Assembly: GCA_963803975.1 (NCBI GenBank)
Contig: CAWDOY010000051.1
Span: 1 to 45,807, forward strand
DNA from: an uncultured delta proteobacterium
Lineage (GTDB): Bacteria; Desulfobacterota; WTBG01; CAIYCZ01
Direction: 5' to 3'
Length of the DNA stretch: 45,807 bases
A program made the position numbers and the translations under genes. Positions 1 through 10,660 of this stretch are shown piece after piece; positions within the stretch are counted from its first letter, which is position 1; every line of letters starts with the position of its first letter. The notes under the pieces were generated by a model. The model had not been told where the DNA came from, did not search any database, and saw only the letters and a program-made list of their open reading frames with translations.

Positions 1-456
1 CGATGTCCGTCCAGCCCCGGAACTTCCACAGTTTCAACATATTCGACCCGCCCACCGATCCTGTCGGGTAGACCCACGCGCCATAGTGGGCGCCCGTGGC
101 CGGGTCTACTCGCCCGCCAATGCCTCCTCCGAACGACCCGGCAGGGATCTGGATGCTCCCCTGCACCGTGTAGTCGGTCCACGGGGCGTCGTAAAACGCA
201 TAAGCAGACCTGGTTCGGTGCACCCGAGCCTTGCAGCACTTCATTTGTTATTGTCCACGTCCCCGAATAAATCAGCCAGGGAAAATAGATCAGGTCGGTT
301 GAAAGAATCCGTAAACAGTTCGCTGCTCGTGGAGGCAATACTTATTTGCCCAACGACGGTGGTATCAATGCCGGTGGCTGAATCATAGCGGGTTGCATCG
401 GCCCAAAGAGACTGCCCCGCGCCGCCTGCCCAGTCAGCTTTTCCGAGTCCAGGTCT
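1..456. repeat. Intragenic direct repeat, copy 1 (pairs with 1408-1864)
   Basis: Near-identical stretches, e.g. GGAACTTCCACAGTTTCAACATATTCGACCCGCCC and AAAGAGACTGCCCCGCGCCGCCTGCCCAGTC, occur in both copies. Confidence 0.9.
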
Positions 457-3400
457 GGCCCAGAGTGGTGGTAGTTGTTGGTAATATAGTGGTAACTGGT
501 ACTGTTGTTGTGGTTGTCACCTGAGCAGCGGTTATGGTTAATGCCGCCGGGCAGGTTACCATTTCAGTTCCCGTCGTTGCGGTCACATCACGTGCTTCTA
601 ATGTTGCACCAGGATCAATGGTAATAGTTGCAACGGCCCGGGTTGGTAACCACGGCGCCGCATGCGGGTTGGAATACCAGTGCCGCTAAAAGACGCAACG
701 GTATTACTATTAAAGAAATTGGTGTTTAAGCCGGTAATAGTCACATCAAGGGTAGCACCCTGATCTGCCGAAGCAGGAGCAACGCCCGCGCAACTTGGCA
801 CCGGTATGCTGGTGGTCGGCTCAACCGTACTGGTAGTAGTTGTATCCGGTATGGTGGTCGTTACCGGTGTAAGGTAGCCAATCCTGATTTCGTCGAGGAC
901 AGGCGAGACTGATGGATCGCTGGTGGTCAACTCCAACTGGTACTGGATCGAGCGGCTATTAGCACTCGTGATAGCCGCCCCCGCTCGTACTGTAGATCTG
1001 ACGAGGTGGCAGTGGCAAGCTGATCGGGCTGAGTCGGCGATACGGGTTATGACGCAAACATTCGTGCTGCCGCCGGCTGCATCCCACGATATGGTCTGCC
1101 ACTGTATACCGTCCCCACCGTCAAAGGCCGATGATGATAATACCCCGCTGCTGCCATATACCGGCAGGGTTTTCACTGAGATATTATCGACTGCGATCGT
1201 ATACGGCAGGGGGGATCCCGTCCACCAATCCGCACTGATACCGCCACTTCCATAAGGAGCCTGGTAATCATAATTATCATCGGTCATGTCAATCTTCCGG
1301 CTCGTCGTAAAAAACGAGGATACGGTTCCCTGTGAAGGTCATCTGGAGCGTGTGCCAGCCTGTGCCAACTTCAGGCAGGCTGACCTGATGCATCGGTACT
1401 CCGCTGCCGACGTCCGTCCATCCCCGGAACTTCCACAGTTTCAACATATTCGACCCGCCCCCCAATCCAGCCGGGTAGACCCACGCGCCATAGTGGGCGC
1501 CCGTGGCAGGATCTACACGCCCGCCAATGCCCCCTCCGAATCGACCCGGCAGGAAGCTGAATGCGCCCCTGCACCATATAGTCGGTCCATTGAGGCGTGG
1601 TGGAGTAATAGACATAAGAATACTGGTTCGGGGCGCCCGACCCTTGCAGCACTTCTCCTGTTATTGTCCATGTCCCCAGCGGAGACACCCAGGGCAGCAG
1701 GCCAGTACGGCTAAAGTCATCCGAAAACAGTACGCTGCTCGTGGATTCAAGGCTGATTTGCCCGGCTACGCTGGTATCAATGCCGGTGGCTGAATCATAA
1801 CGCCTTGCATCCGCCGAAAGAGACTGCCCCGCGCCGCCTGCCCAGTCGGTCTGGGTCCAGGTCTCATTATAATTATTGTTATTGACCGTGTACTGCACTT
1901 TCACGGTGGAAGGTGAAGCGCCCACTCGAACCCTTATCGCGTTCCCGACCGTGCGGTAGTCCGCGGGGTCAGCTGCTACATCATTAATTAAGACCTGGAG
2001 AAGATTGCTAACGTTGCCATTGGGAATGGCCACTTCAATGGCAGTATCGGGGTCGGTAGCCCCGGTGATCGTGGCTTGTGCGCTGGCGGTAGTGCCGACC
2101 ACGCTATACGATGGCGTAACAACAGCATTGGACCGCACTTTCCACCAGTCAGATATGCCCACTGAATTGGTTGACCATATCAGGGGTTTAGTGACACAAT
2201 ACTTAACATATTCCCCCAGCAGGGTGCCGTCATTCGAGGCTTGATGCCCGTAAAGATTGATCATGGCACCGAGGGTTATAATAGAAATCAACAGCTGCCT
2301 TCATCGAATCCGTTGTGTGTCCCCATTCAATGGCACCAGGGATCTCAGTGCCAACATACCAGTCGCTTGCCGGAATCGAAACCTGCGCATAATGTTTACC
2401 AGGTGTTTCGTACGATATGGTCATGTGTGGAAAGGGGCTGATTTTTTGTTCGCCCTTGCTCGAGGCCACGGCGCCCAGTTCTTCCAGGATTTGGTATGAA
2501 CCCTCCCGCGTCGAGTTAAAGTACGGAGAAGCCCAGAGACGGGGGCAGTTGTCTTCCGCACTGCATCCGGCCCGGCCATTGTCCACCCCTTCCAGCCATT
2601 CTTCTATATCCTGAAAAGAAGCCAGAATAGAAGCGGAAGCATAGGCCCTGCCGTTGGGTACGTCCAGGGCCTCGTCCGGTCCCCAGTGCCAGTAATCAAA
2701 GTCACCCGTATACAGAGCGTTATTTACAGGATTCTTCAAACCCCCATTATGTGATCCAATCGTTGCACCGTAGTTTGTGACAGCACTCCGCAGGCTCGCA
2801 ATGACCGTGGTTTGGTCAATAGGCATTTCATCTCTGAGAGTGCCCGTACAGAAGTAGTAATCGCCCTTTACGCCGTGAGAGTTTTCGAACAAAGCGGAGT
2901 CTTCGATGGATCGGATCGACGTTGGGTTGTTCTCAAAGTCATGCCGGACGAAAAGCTGCATCATATTCGTATGGCCACGGACTGAGCTTAATGATCGGAA
3001 TATTAGCAGCCTCGAAAGCCCACTCAATTGCATGTCGGTAGATGAGATATGAATACATGACCGGGTCATAAACCCCGTGGCCGATAAGCGGCTGCGCTTC
3101 TCCATCGTAGATGAAATTGCCGGTGCCGTATGGCCTGGTCGCAAGTAGCGGACCTTGCCAGCCATTGGCAATGACGGTAGTGCCGCTGTCGGCAGCAACC
3201 TGGAACACGTAGTGCTGCCCGTGAACAGAGTGGCTGGGCGATACACCCAGAGAAATCTCGTCTGAGCTGAGGGGCATGCGCCAGGCTATTGTACCTGCCG
3301 GGATATGGGTGACCAGACGGTGATCAGCAATCTTGCTGAACGCCATGTTTACGCCCCAGTTTTCAAGGGGAGGAGGGATGCACCATGTGCAGCCCAAGCT

Positions 3401-3877
3401 CAGTAGCGAAGGCAAAATCCCCTCTCGTGGTACCGTCCGGGTTACGCGTAAATGCCGATGAGCCGACGAACAGGAACCCGCCGGTTGCCACGTAATCACG
3501 CAGCGGAGTAATCTCATTATCGGCAATTGCTTCCGAGGCCAGGCTGATCAGTATCGGGTATCTGGGTGACCCATCGGGGAACAGGAGATTGCCAGCTGCA
3601 ATATCAGCATCACTCACCTCAACAAAGGGTGTGCCATCTGAACGAAGCGCTTCTTTCAATGATTCGGGCAGTACAAAATAATGCCACGAAGTCCACCATC
3701 CATTATTCATCGTATCTAAAGCTTGGGTCAGCTCAGAGATGTGTATGGCAACCACGGGTTCGGGGGCTGCGCCAAGACATGGGGTGGTACCACCAGGATA
3801 AGCGCTGAAAGAAAAGTCAGTGCCAGCGAGACGAAAAAGACTTTCTCGTGCGGCAAAGCCTTAACTGTTCTATTCAT
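1..3877 (-). CDS. Very large secreted multidomain protein (putative polysaccharide deacetylase-like domain, repeated beta-sandwich/lectin-like modules, IPT/TIG-like domain, Thr-rich linkers); frameshift-fragmented and runs off the left edge
   Basis: ATG at 3877 preceded by AGGAG, with signal-peptide-like N-terminus MNRTVKALPHEKVFFVSLALTFLSALILVVPPHVLA. ORF pieces 3363-3755, 2939-3526, 2230-3246, 1371-2291, 1289-1615 and 598-1287 read as one continuous protein. Motifs RHDFEN...GVKGDYYF...IGSHNGG resemble CE4/NodB-like deacetylases. GVAPASADQGATLDVTITGLNTNF is IPT-like. TTTSTV linkers are present. Confidence 0.7.
1408..1864. repeat. Intragenic direct repeat, copy 2 (module WTQTDWAGGAGQSL...HYGAWVYP...MLKLWKFRGW)
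   Basis: Aligns by eye with 1-456 along its whole length. Confidence 0.9.
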
Positions 3878-3994
3878 GGTAGTTCTCCTATTGCTGCTAT
3901 AGGCATTACAACGAAGTCCTTAAAGAACTTCTTCTTTTTGAATACTTCAGCATAGCTTTCTCTAATCTTCCAAACATAGTATGGTCTGCAGTCA

Positions 3995-5140
3995 TCAAAG
4001 TCCCAGGTATCGGGCTATTATGTTTCTTTGAATCTCAGAGGTGCCGGAATAAAGCGTACTGCCTATGGAATCGCGCAAATCGCGTTCCACTTCGTATTCC
4101 GTCGTATAGCCGTACCCTCCATGAATCTGAACAGCGTCGAGACAAGACCGTATCCATGCCTCGCTCAAGTATAATTTTGCAATAGCAGCATCCATCGCTG
4201 CTTTACCATGGGCTTGCTTCATCCAAGCCACTTTATACAAAAATAGCCTGGACGTCTCCATGCGGACTTTCATATCTACAATTTTATTGGCAATAGATTG
4301 ATACTTTCCGATTGCTTTGCCAAATTGTTTTCTTTCCCTGGAATATTTTATACATTGCTCCAGTTGCCTCTCCATCCCCCCCAATATACTCGCCAAAATG
4401 CAGGTCCTTTCCCATTCCACGGTATCCTCAAAGATTGCTGCACCATTACCCTCTTTACCAAGACGGTTTTCTACAGGCACTTTGCAATCTTCAAAAATTA
4501 ACTCAGCCATGGGAGCGGTTCGTAATCCCATTTTTTCGATATCCCTGCCAACCCGAAATCCGGGAAAATCTTTTTCTACAAGAAAGGTGGTAACACCCAT
4601 AAAGCCCTTGCGTTTATCAATCGTAGCAAATACCATGAACAAATCGGCTACCGGCGCCGCCGTGCAAAATGTTTTAGTACCATTCAGGATATAATAGTCG
4701 CCTTCCAGCCTTGCTGAAGTTCTGAGACTGAAAGCATCGGAACCCGAGTCCGGTTCTGTCACGCCATTAGCTCCGATCATCTCCCCACTACAAAGCTTAG
4801 GCATATATCTATCTTTTTGTGCATCAGAGCCGAACCGCAGAATCGGCATTTGCACAGTCCACATCTGACCATTGATAGCGAAAATCAAGCCACTGTCTTT
4901 ACATCCATATCCCAAGCCCTCCATAAGCATCATAGTACTAAATATATCTTTGTTGAGTCCTCCGTATTGCTCTGGAAACGCAAAACCCTGTATGCCGAAA
5001 TCGGCGCACTTTTTCCAAAGCTCACGAGAGAAAAGGGCAGCTCTATCCCTTTCAATAACCGCATCGTTAAGTGTTTTTTGCGCAAAGTGGATAGCACTTT
5101 TTTTAAGCTCTAATTGTTCTTCACTAAATTCGAAATTCAC
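3995..5140 (-). CDS. Acyl-CoA dehydrogenase family protein, L-prolyl-PCP dehydrogenase (PltE/RedW/AnaB)-like
   Basis: Intact 381 aa ORF with ACAD motifs TEPDSGSDAFS, LNGTKTF, KMGLR and QIHGGYGY. It has YSGTSEIQ, with no Glu at the SCAD/MCAD catalytic site, and a mid-protein EWER Glu as in IVD/PltE-type enzymes. It lies next to a carrier protein. Confidence 0.85.
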   Translation of the reverse strand: MNFEFSEEQLELKKSAIHFAQKTLNDAVIERDRAALFSRELWKKCADFGIQGFAFPEQYGGLNKDIFSTMMLMEGLGYGCKDSGLIFAINGQMWTVQMPILRFGSDAQKDRYMPKLCSGEMIGANGVTEPDSGSDAFSLRTSARLEGDYYILNGTKTFCTAAPVADLFMVFATIDKRKGFMGVTTFLVEKDFPGFRVGRDIEKMGLRTAPMAELIFEDCKVPVENRLGKEGNGAAIFEDTVEWERTCILASILGGMERQLEQCIKYSRERKQFGKAIGKYQSIANKIVDMKVRMETSRLFLYKVAWMKQAHGKAAMDAAIAKLYLSEAWIRSCLDAVQIHGGYGYTTEYEVERDLRDSIGSTLYSGTSEIQRNIIARYLGL

Positions 5141-5296
5141 AATATAACCTTCTTCTGCATTCTTATTGCAGAGGCATCATCGGTAAAATACCAATAAGAT
5201 GATGGCAAGTATCCGGGAGTGTTCCCGGCAGGGTGAAAGTGTTACTCTGGTTGAGTATCTATACAATGGGTACATGGCTCACACCAAAAACACAAA

Positions 5297-5554
5297 CTAC
5301 TTATCCTTCATTTTCTGTTCGACTAACTTGACCATACTATTAAGACTTTGAAAGTTCTCAGGAATTACATCCTCGTCCAGCACCTGTATGCCATTGGTTT
5401 TTTCCAGGAAAACTACCAGCTTCAGTATCCCCATGGAATCAATAATTCTTTGCTCGAGAAGATCCTCATCGGGATCCAGTGACTGCCTGCCAAGATCACC
5501 GGCAATTTCAGTAAGCAGAAACTTTTCAATATCTTTTAAAATCGTCATCGGCAC
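5297..5554 (-). CDS. Stand-alone acyl/peptidyl carrier protein
   Basis: 85 aa, acidic, with DLLEQRIIDSMGILKLV phosphopantetheine-Ser motif and PENFQSL C-terminal motif typical of DltC/PltL-like carriers. A GAGGAG RBS is present. Confidence 0.9.
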   Translation of the reverse strand: MPMTILKDIEKFLLTEIAGDLGRQSLDPDEDLLEQRIIDSMGILKLVVFLEKTNGIQVLDEDVIPENFQSLNSMVKLVEQKMKDK

Positions 5555-5648
5555 TCCTCCTCACATTGCTATCAAGATTGTAGATTATAACCTGCTGAAT
5601 CTTTTTCTCAACTTCATCTCAATCCACTGAATGAATGTTTTTCAATCC

Positions 5649-6617
5649 CTACGCCCCTTCGGGAAATCTGCCAAATGCTTCAATATATTGGCTGGGCCGC
5701 CATGAGCCCCTTACCATGAGAATATTGAGACAATAGAGTTTAAATCCCAATTCTTCAAGAGTCCTGACAAGCAGATAATCTCTGGCCATAACACGCGTTT
5801 GGCACGGTCGTTCGTTGAAGACTGCTAATGCGTGTTGAAACAAGCACACAGCTTCCTCTTCTCCTTCGGCGACCAAGGGACCAAGTTGCACCGATCGTGA
5901 GCCAGGAAGACACGCCAGAAATCCGCGAATCTGCGATTGATATCGGTAAACAAACACCTTGCCCCACTGAACATAATATGCAAGGTCTGTTCGGCGGTTT
6001 AATTTGCTTCTTGGAACATCATATGTATAAACGGCATCAAGATCTTTCGCCGTTAATTCAGTTACATTGCTGCACAGATCAGCCCCTTTTCGATCTCCTG
6101 TATCCAGAAATAAATTTAACAGGTCTGCCACTGGCATAAAACTAAGCGAGTAATACAAAGAAAAGGAAGCAGGATTAAACGCATCCTGGAAAACTCTTAT
6201 ACTCTGCAAACCTTCCGCTCGGTTTACAAGAACGGTCATCAACCGTCGACCAATGCCATATCCTTGAAAAGATGGATCAACGGCAACAGGCCCGACACCC
6301 CCATGATCACCCCTTGGATTTAGACAGCATATTCCTGCTGCACGATTTTCCACCTCAGCGATCAGAAGCTCGCTGGGACCGTGGCGAAGCATAACCCAAG
6401 CCCAAGATGTTCCTTCCTGCACGCTATGCATTTTCGGAGCGTATCCATGTTTCAATGCACCAACGTTGAACGCTTCAAAAAGAATCTCCCCCACCCGGTC
6501 TAAGTCCGTTCTCGTCATATTCCGTATCTGGACCTTAGCTCCCTGAACAGTGAAAGCTGGTTGACTCTGAGGTTTTTCCATAAGGTGCTCTACGGGCATA
6601 TTATCGCATTCAATCAT
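5649..6617 (-). CDS. Tandem-domain GNAT family N-acyltransferase
   Basis: Acetyl-CoA-binding motif VAVDPSFQGYGIGRRLM and LYYSLSF. A second degenerate GNAT-like domain contains LGPLVA. Confidence 0.8.
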   Translation of the reverse strand: MIECDNMPVEHLMEKPQSQPAFTVQGAKVQIRNMTRTDLDRVGEILFEAFNVGALKHGYAPKMHSVQEGTSWAWVMLRHGPSELLIAEVENRAAGICCLNPRGDHGGVGPVAVDPSFQGYGIGRRLMTVLVNRAEGLQSIRVFQDAFNPASFSLYYSLSFMPVADLLNLFLDTGDRKGADLCSNVTELTAKDLDAVYTYDVPRSKLNRRTDLAYYVQWGKVFVYRYQSQIRGFLACLPGSRSVQLGPLVAEGEEEAVCLFQHALAVFNERPCQTRVMARDYLLVRTLEELGFKLYCLNILMVRGSWRPSQYIEAFGRFPEGA

Positions 6618-6728
6618 AGGTCATATAGGGTGATCTTTCCGAATGTCCGATAATATCAACCAGAATAAAGTGCCCCTATTTGCTTGTAATTATACCGTGT
6701 CGTTCTGCATCGTTAGGGTTAATACTTC

Positions 6729-7462
6729 TTAGCTTTTTTTTGGCTCGCTGCCTGGCGAAGACTTGCGCACCCTTACCGGCCACATTAACCATGTTCTCAA
6801 CTGATCGCTTCGTTTAGGGCACAGTTCGGCCGGGGGATTAATATACACTCCCTTTTCCACAGTATTTCTGGTTATTGATACGCCACTTCCAATAAGGCTC
6901 TCTCTGGCGACGTTGACCTCCTCTTTAATTGTAGCATTCGCCCCGATAAGGCAGTATTCTTCCACCGTAACTCCCCCTAAAATAATGGCCCCGGGGGAAA
7001 TAAAACAGTGATCCTTTAAAACAGCATGGTGTCCAATTATCGCGCCGGAAGCTACGACTACATCATTACCAATCTCAACAAATGGGCCAATGATAGCGTT
7101 TTCCAATATAATGCAATTGTCGCCTACAGCAAGGTCTGGGAACAACGTAGCCTTGGAACTAAGGTAATTGATCAGCTGATACCCCTTGGCTTTCGCTTGC
7201 AAATACTTCTCTTCTCTTAACCTATTGATCTTTTGAAAACTGATAGCAAGAGTCATCTTGTGCTCTGAAGGAGGAAAAGGGACTCAATCGTTTCGAAAGG
7301 AACAACAGGTAACCCGAACAATGTAGCTTCCTTTATGTATTTGCGGTCTGCGGTAAAAGCAACTACTTCGTACGGGGAATCATGTGTCAGAAGAAAGTAA
7401 ATATTCTCAGCAAAAAAACTGTTTCCAAAAACAATGACTTTTTCCAATTTTGAGCTCCTCAC
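6729..7462 (-). CDS. Sugar O/N-acyltransferase, NeuD/PglD/VioB-like (one frameshift near 7255-7280)
   Basis: ORF 7253-7462 (KVIVFGNSFFAE...GLPVVPFE) continues into 6729-7256, which has hexapeptide repeats (VGDNCIILENAIIGPFVEIGNDV...IGHH). Confidence 0.85.
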
Positions 7463-7731
7463 ATTATGCAGGGAAGAATCTTCGCTGTCCCGCAGCCTTC
7501 ATCTGCGCAGCTACTATTTCGCTAAAGCAAAAGAGCACAAACGGTATGTTCCTGAGCATGCCCACGTGCCCTGGGTGTATGTTTCGGCCTTAATTACGTC
7601 CAAGAAATTAAAGCTGCATTGAAACGATCTGCTAAGATAGTATCTGACACCGCACAGCTTTTTCAATAATAAAATCGAATCATCCGACACTTCAGAGACT
7701 CGAAGCCTAACGCAATTTTATTTTTCATGCC

Positions 7732-8853
7732 CTACTGAAGAGAGATAATTATCTCGCAGATGGTCTCGACATCAGATAGTTCCAGGCTGTCGTAGATCGG
7801 CAGTGTCAATATGCTTTCAGAAACGCGACGTGCGACGGTAAGGGGATCGTTGATTGACACACTACGGTAACAGGCGTAATCGCAAATTAAGGGATAAAAA
7901 TAGCGACGGGTGTATACGTTATATTTTCTAAGGTTATCATATAATGCGTCGCGATCCATGCCAAATTCTTGTTTATCCACCTCGATCGGCATATAGGCAT
8001 AGTTGTGTTTTATATTTTGAGGCAGAGAGGGTGCGAATCTTATGCCGGGCACTTCTTTTAGGCGGTCTCGATACAGTTCAGTGATCCTTGCGCGCTTTTG
8101 TATTATTTCCTCAAGGTATTTTAAAACCTGAATTCCCATCAGGGCTTGCATTTCATTCATTTTAGCATTAGTCCCCGGCATAACCACTTCGAGCTCGTTC
8201 TTAAATCCGAAGTTTTTTAGATAGTCAAATATACCCTTCAATCCTGACTCCTGGAATATCAGGAGCCCACCTTCCAGGGAGTGGTACAGCTTGGTTGCAT
8301 GAAAGCTGAACATGCTTAAATCGCCGAAGTGAGCCAAAGGCTTGTTACCTACTTTTATGCCGAAAGCGTGAGCGGCATCATAGATAAGTTTCAAATTATG
8401 CCGTCTTGCAATATCGGCTAATACATTGACTTTGCATGGATGGCCATATACATGAACCGCGAGGATGGCTGTCGTCCAGGGCGTTATAGCAGCCTCAACT
8501 TTTTCAGGGTCAATGGTGTAATAATCGGGTTCAATATCCACAAAAACGGGTCTGATCTTGTTCCAGAAGAGGGCGTGGGTCGTGGCCACAAATGTGAAGG
8601 GAGTGGTGATGACCTCTCCTGATATTCCCATCCCCTGCAGGGCTATCTGCAGAGCCAGAGTCCCATTATTAAAGAGACAGAGATTGTCAGTCTCGAAGAA
8701 GTTGCTCAATTCTTTAGTGAAACGCTGGAGGATAGGCCCGTTGTTAGTTAACCATCGGGTCTCCCAGATTTCACTAAGTCCCTGGCAAAACTCCTCCAAC
8801 GGCGGCAAAAAGGGCCGGGTCACATTAATAGGTTTCTCAAAGGGTTTTATCAT
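7732..8853 (-). CDS. DegT/DnrJ/EryC1/StrS PLP aminotransferase, VioA-like (NDP-4-keto-6-deoxyhexose 4-aminotransferase)
   Basis: Motifs IYDAAHAFG, SFHATK (PLP lysine), PGTNAKMNE and RRYFYP. Confidence 0.9.
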   Translation of the reverse strand: MIKPFEKPINVTRPFLPPLEEFCQGLSEIWETRWLTNNGPILQRFTKELSNFFETDNLCLFNNGTLALQIALQGMGISGEVITTPFTFVATTHALFWNKIRPVFVDIEPDYYTIDPEKVEAAITPWTTAILAVHVYGHPCKVNVLADIARRHNLKLIYDAAHAFGIKVGNKPLAHFGDLSMFSFHATKLYHSLEGGLLIFQESGLKGIFDYLKNFGFKNELEVVMPGTNAKMNEMQALMGIQVLKYLEEIIQKRARITELYRDRLKEVPGIRFAPSLPQNIKHNYAYMPIEVDKQEFGMDRDALYDNLRKYNVYTRRYFYPLICDYACYRSVSINDPLTVARRVSESILTLPIYDSLELSDVETICEIIISLQ

Positions 8854-8912
8854 AAGTTCAGAAATCCAGAAAAATAAACAAATGTCTTACCAATATTAAT
8901 TACGGTAATAAT

Positions 8913-10016
8913 TTAATGATAAAACTCAGCAATTGAATCAACTACATACTTAATCTGGTCTCTAGTTAACTCTGGATACATAGGTAAGGAAACAAACTGG
9001 TCAGCGCACTGTTCAGCAAACGGGAAGGCGCCTTTTTTATAGCCGAGGAATTTGTATGCACCTGTGAGATGAACTGGTACTGGATAATGAATACCGCAAG
9101 AAATGCCCCTTGCATCGAGGTGAGTGATGAGTGCGTCACGATTTTTTACAAGGATAGGATAGATGTGGTAGACATGTTTAGCATAGTCACCCTCAGCAGG
9201 TGTTGTGATGCCATCTGCATTTGAAAGAAATTGATTGTATAATGCTGCATTTTTACGCCGGGCCTCTGTCCATCCGGGCAGATGTTTGAGCTTTACACCA
9301 AGCACAGCTCCCTGGATGCCATCCATCCGTGCATTCCAGCCTATCATGTCATGGTAATATTTTTTACTCTGGCCGTGGTCACGAAACATCCTCACTTTGT
9401 CAGCTAATGCCTGATCATTAGTAACAACAGCACCGGCTTCACCGTATGCCCCAAGATTCTTACCCGGGTAGAAACTGAAACAGCCGATATCACCAATAGA
9501 CCCTGCTTTCCTTCCTCTATACTCTGCCCCATGGGCCTGGCTCGCATCTTCAATGACAAACAGGTTGTGCTTTTTTGCGATGCGCATGATGGGGTCCATG
9601 TCTGCCATGTGGCCAAACAGATGCACCGGAATAACCGCTTTCGTGCGTGGGGTTATGGCGTGCTCAAGCAGGTCTGGGTCCATGTTGTAGGTTTTTTGCT
9701 CTATGTCAACAAAAACAGGTTTTGCCCCGCAAAAACTGATTGCCTCGGCCGTGGCGATGAAGGTGTTGGGAACCGTTATAACCTCATCTCCCGGGCCGAC
9801 GCCGAAAGCAATCAGAGCCGCCCAGAGTGCGTCAGTACCATTGCCGACACCGACGCAGGATTTGCTCTGGCAGAATTCGGCAAAAGCATCTTCAAATGCC
9901 TTGACAAACGGGCCACCGGCAAATGCTGTGCTCTCAAGCACTTTCTGGATTACTATAGCGATTTCATCTTTTATAGTTTCATACTGTGCCTTAAGATCCA
10001 GAAACGGTACTTTCAT
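8913..10016 (-). CDS. DegT/DnrJ/EryC1/StrS PLP aminotransferase, WbpE/GnnB-like
   Basis: Starts MKVPFLDLKAQY (ATG at 10016 after GAGAGG). Motifs GNGTDAL, IEDASQAHG and SFYPGKNLGAYG. Confidence 0.9.
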   Translation of the reverse strand: MKVPFLDLKAQYETIKDEIAIVIQKVLESTAFAGGPFVKAFEDAFAEFCQSKSCVGVGNGTDALWAALIAFGVGPGDEVITVPNTFIATAEAISFCGAKPVFVDIEQKTYNMDPDLLEHAITPRTKAVIPVHLFGHMADMDPIMRIAKKHNLFVIEDASQAHGAEYRGRKAGSIGDIGCFSFYPGKNLGAYGEAGAVVTNDQALADKVRMFRDHGQSKKYYHDMIGWNARMDGIQGAVLGVKLKHLPGWTEARRKNAALYNQFLSNADGITTPAEGDYAKHVYHIYPILVKNRDALITHLDARGISCGIHYPVPVHLTGAYKFLGYKKGAFPFAEQCADQFVSLPMYPELTRDQIKYVVDSIAEFYH

Positions 10017-10189
10017 AATCCCTCTCAATAATTATTTAAAATAACAGAGTTAAATTTATGCAGAATGGATGAGAAAATTATTATACCGAGGAAGAAGACC
10101 AGGGGTATTTGATGGTTTAAACAAAGGTAAATGCCTTTTGGTCTGAGCGAAGCAAGTTCTATGTTTCCCACTATTTCTTTTTCTCATTT

Positions 10190-10660
10190 TTACAATGTTT
10201 TGATAACCTTGGCCGGATTGCCTGCTATAATAACATTTGCTGGTACGTCCCTGGTCACCACGCTTCCAGCACCAACTATTGAATTTTCACCCACCGTTAT
10301 TCCGCACAGCAGTGTTACGCTGGAGCCAACAGATGAGCCTTTTTTTATAAGGGTGGGAGTGCACTCCCAGTCCTGCTCTGTCTGTAATTTGCCTTCGCCA
10401 GTGGTAGCCCGTGGATAGCGGTCATTAATGAAAGTAACATTGTGTCCAACAAACACATCGTCCTCAATAGTCACCCCTTCACAGATGAAGGTATGGCTCT
10501 GTATCTTGCAGTTCCTCCCGACCCGGGCATTTTTCTGAATTTCCACAAATGGGCCGATTTTAGTGTTATCCCCAATAGCGCATCCGTACAGATTTACAAA
10601 CTCCCCAATCTTTACGTCGTTACCAAGCTGCACATCATCAGCAATACAGGTGAATTTCAT
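10190..10660 (-). CDS. Hexapeptide-repeat N-acetyltransferase, WbpD/WlbB-like
   Basis: KIGPFVEIQKNARVGRNCKIQSHTFICEGVTIEDDVFVGHNVTFINDRYPRA and VGAGSVVTRDV. Confidence 0.9.
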   Translation of the reverse strand: MKFTCIADDVQLGNDVKIGEFVNLYGCAIGDNTKIGPFVEIQKNARVGRNCKIQSHTFICEGVTIEDDVFVGHNVTFINDRYPRATTGEGKLQTEQDWECTPTLIKKGSSVGSSVTLLCGITVGENSIVGAGSVVTRDVPANVIIAGNPAKVIKTL

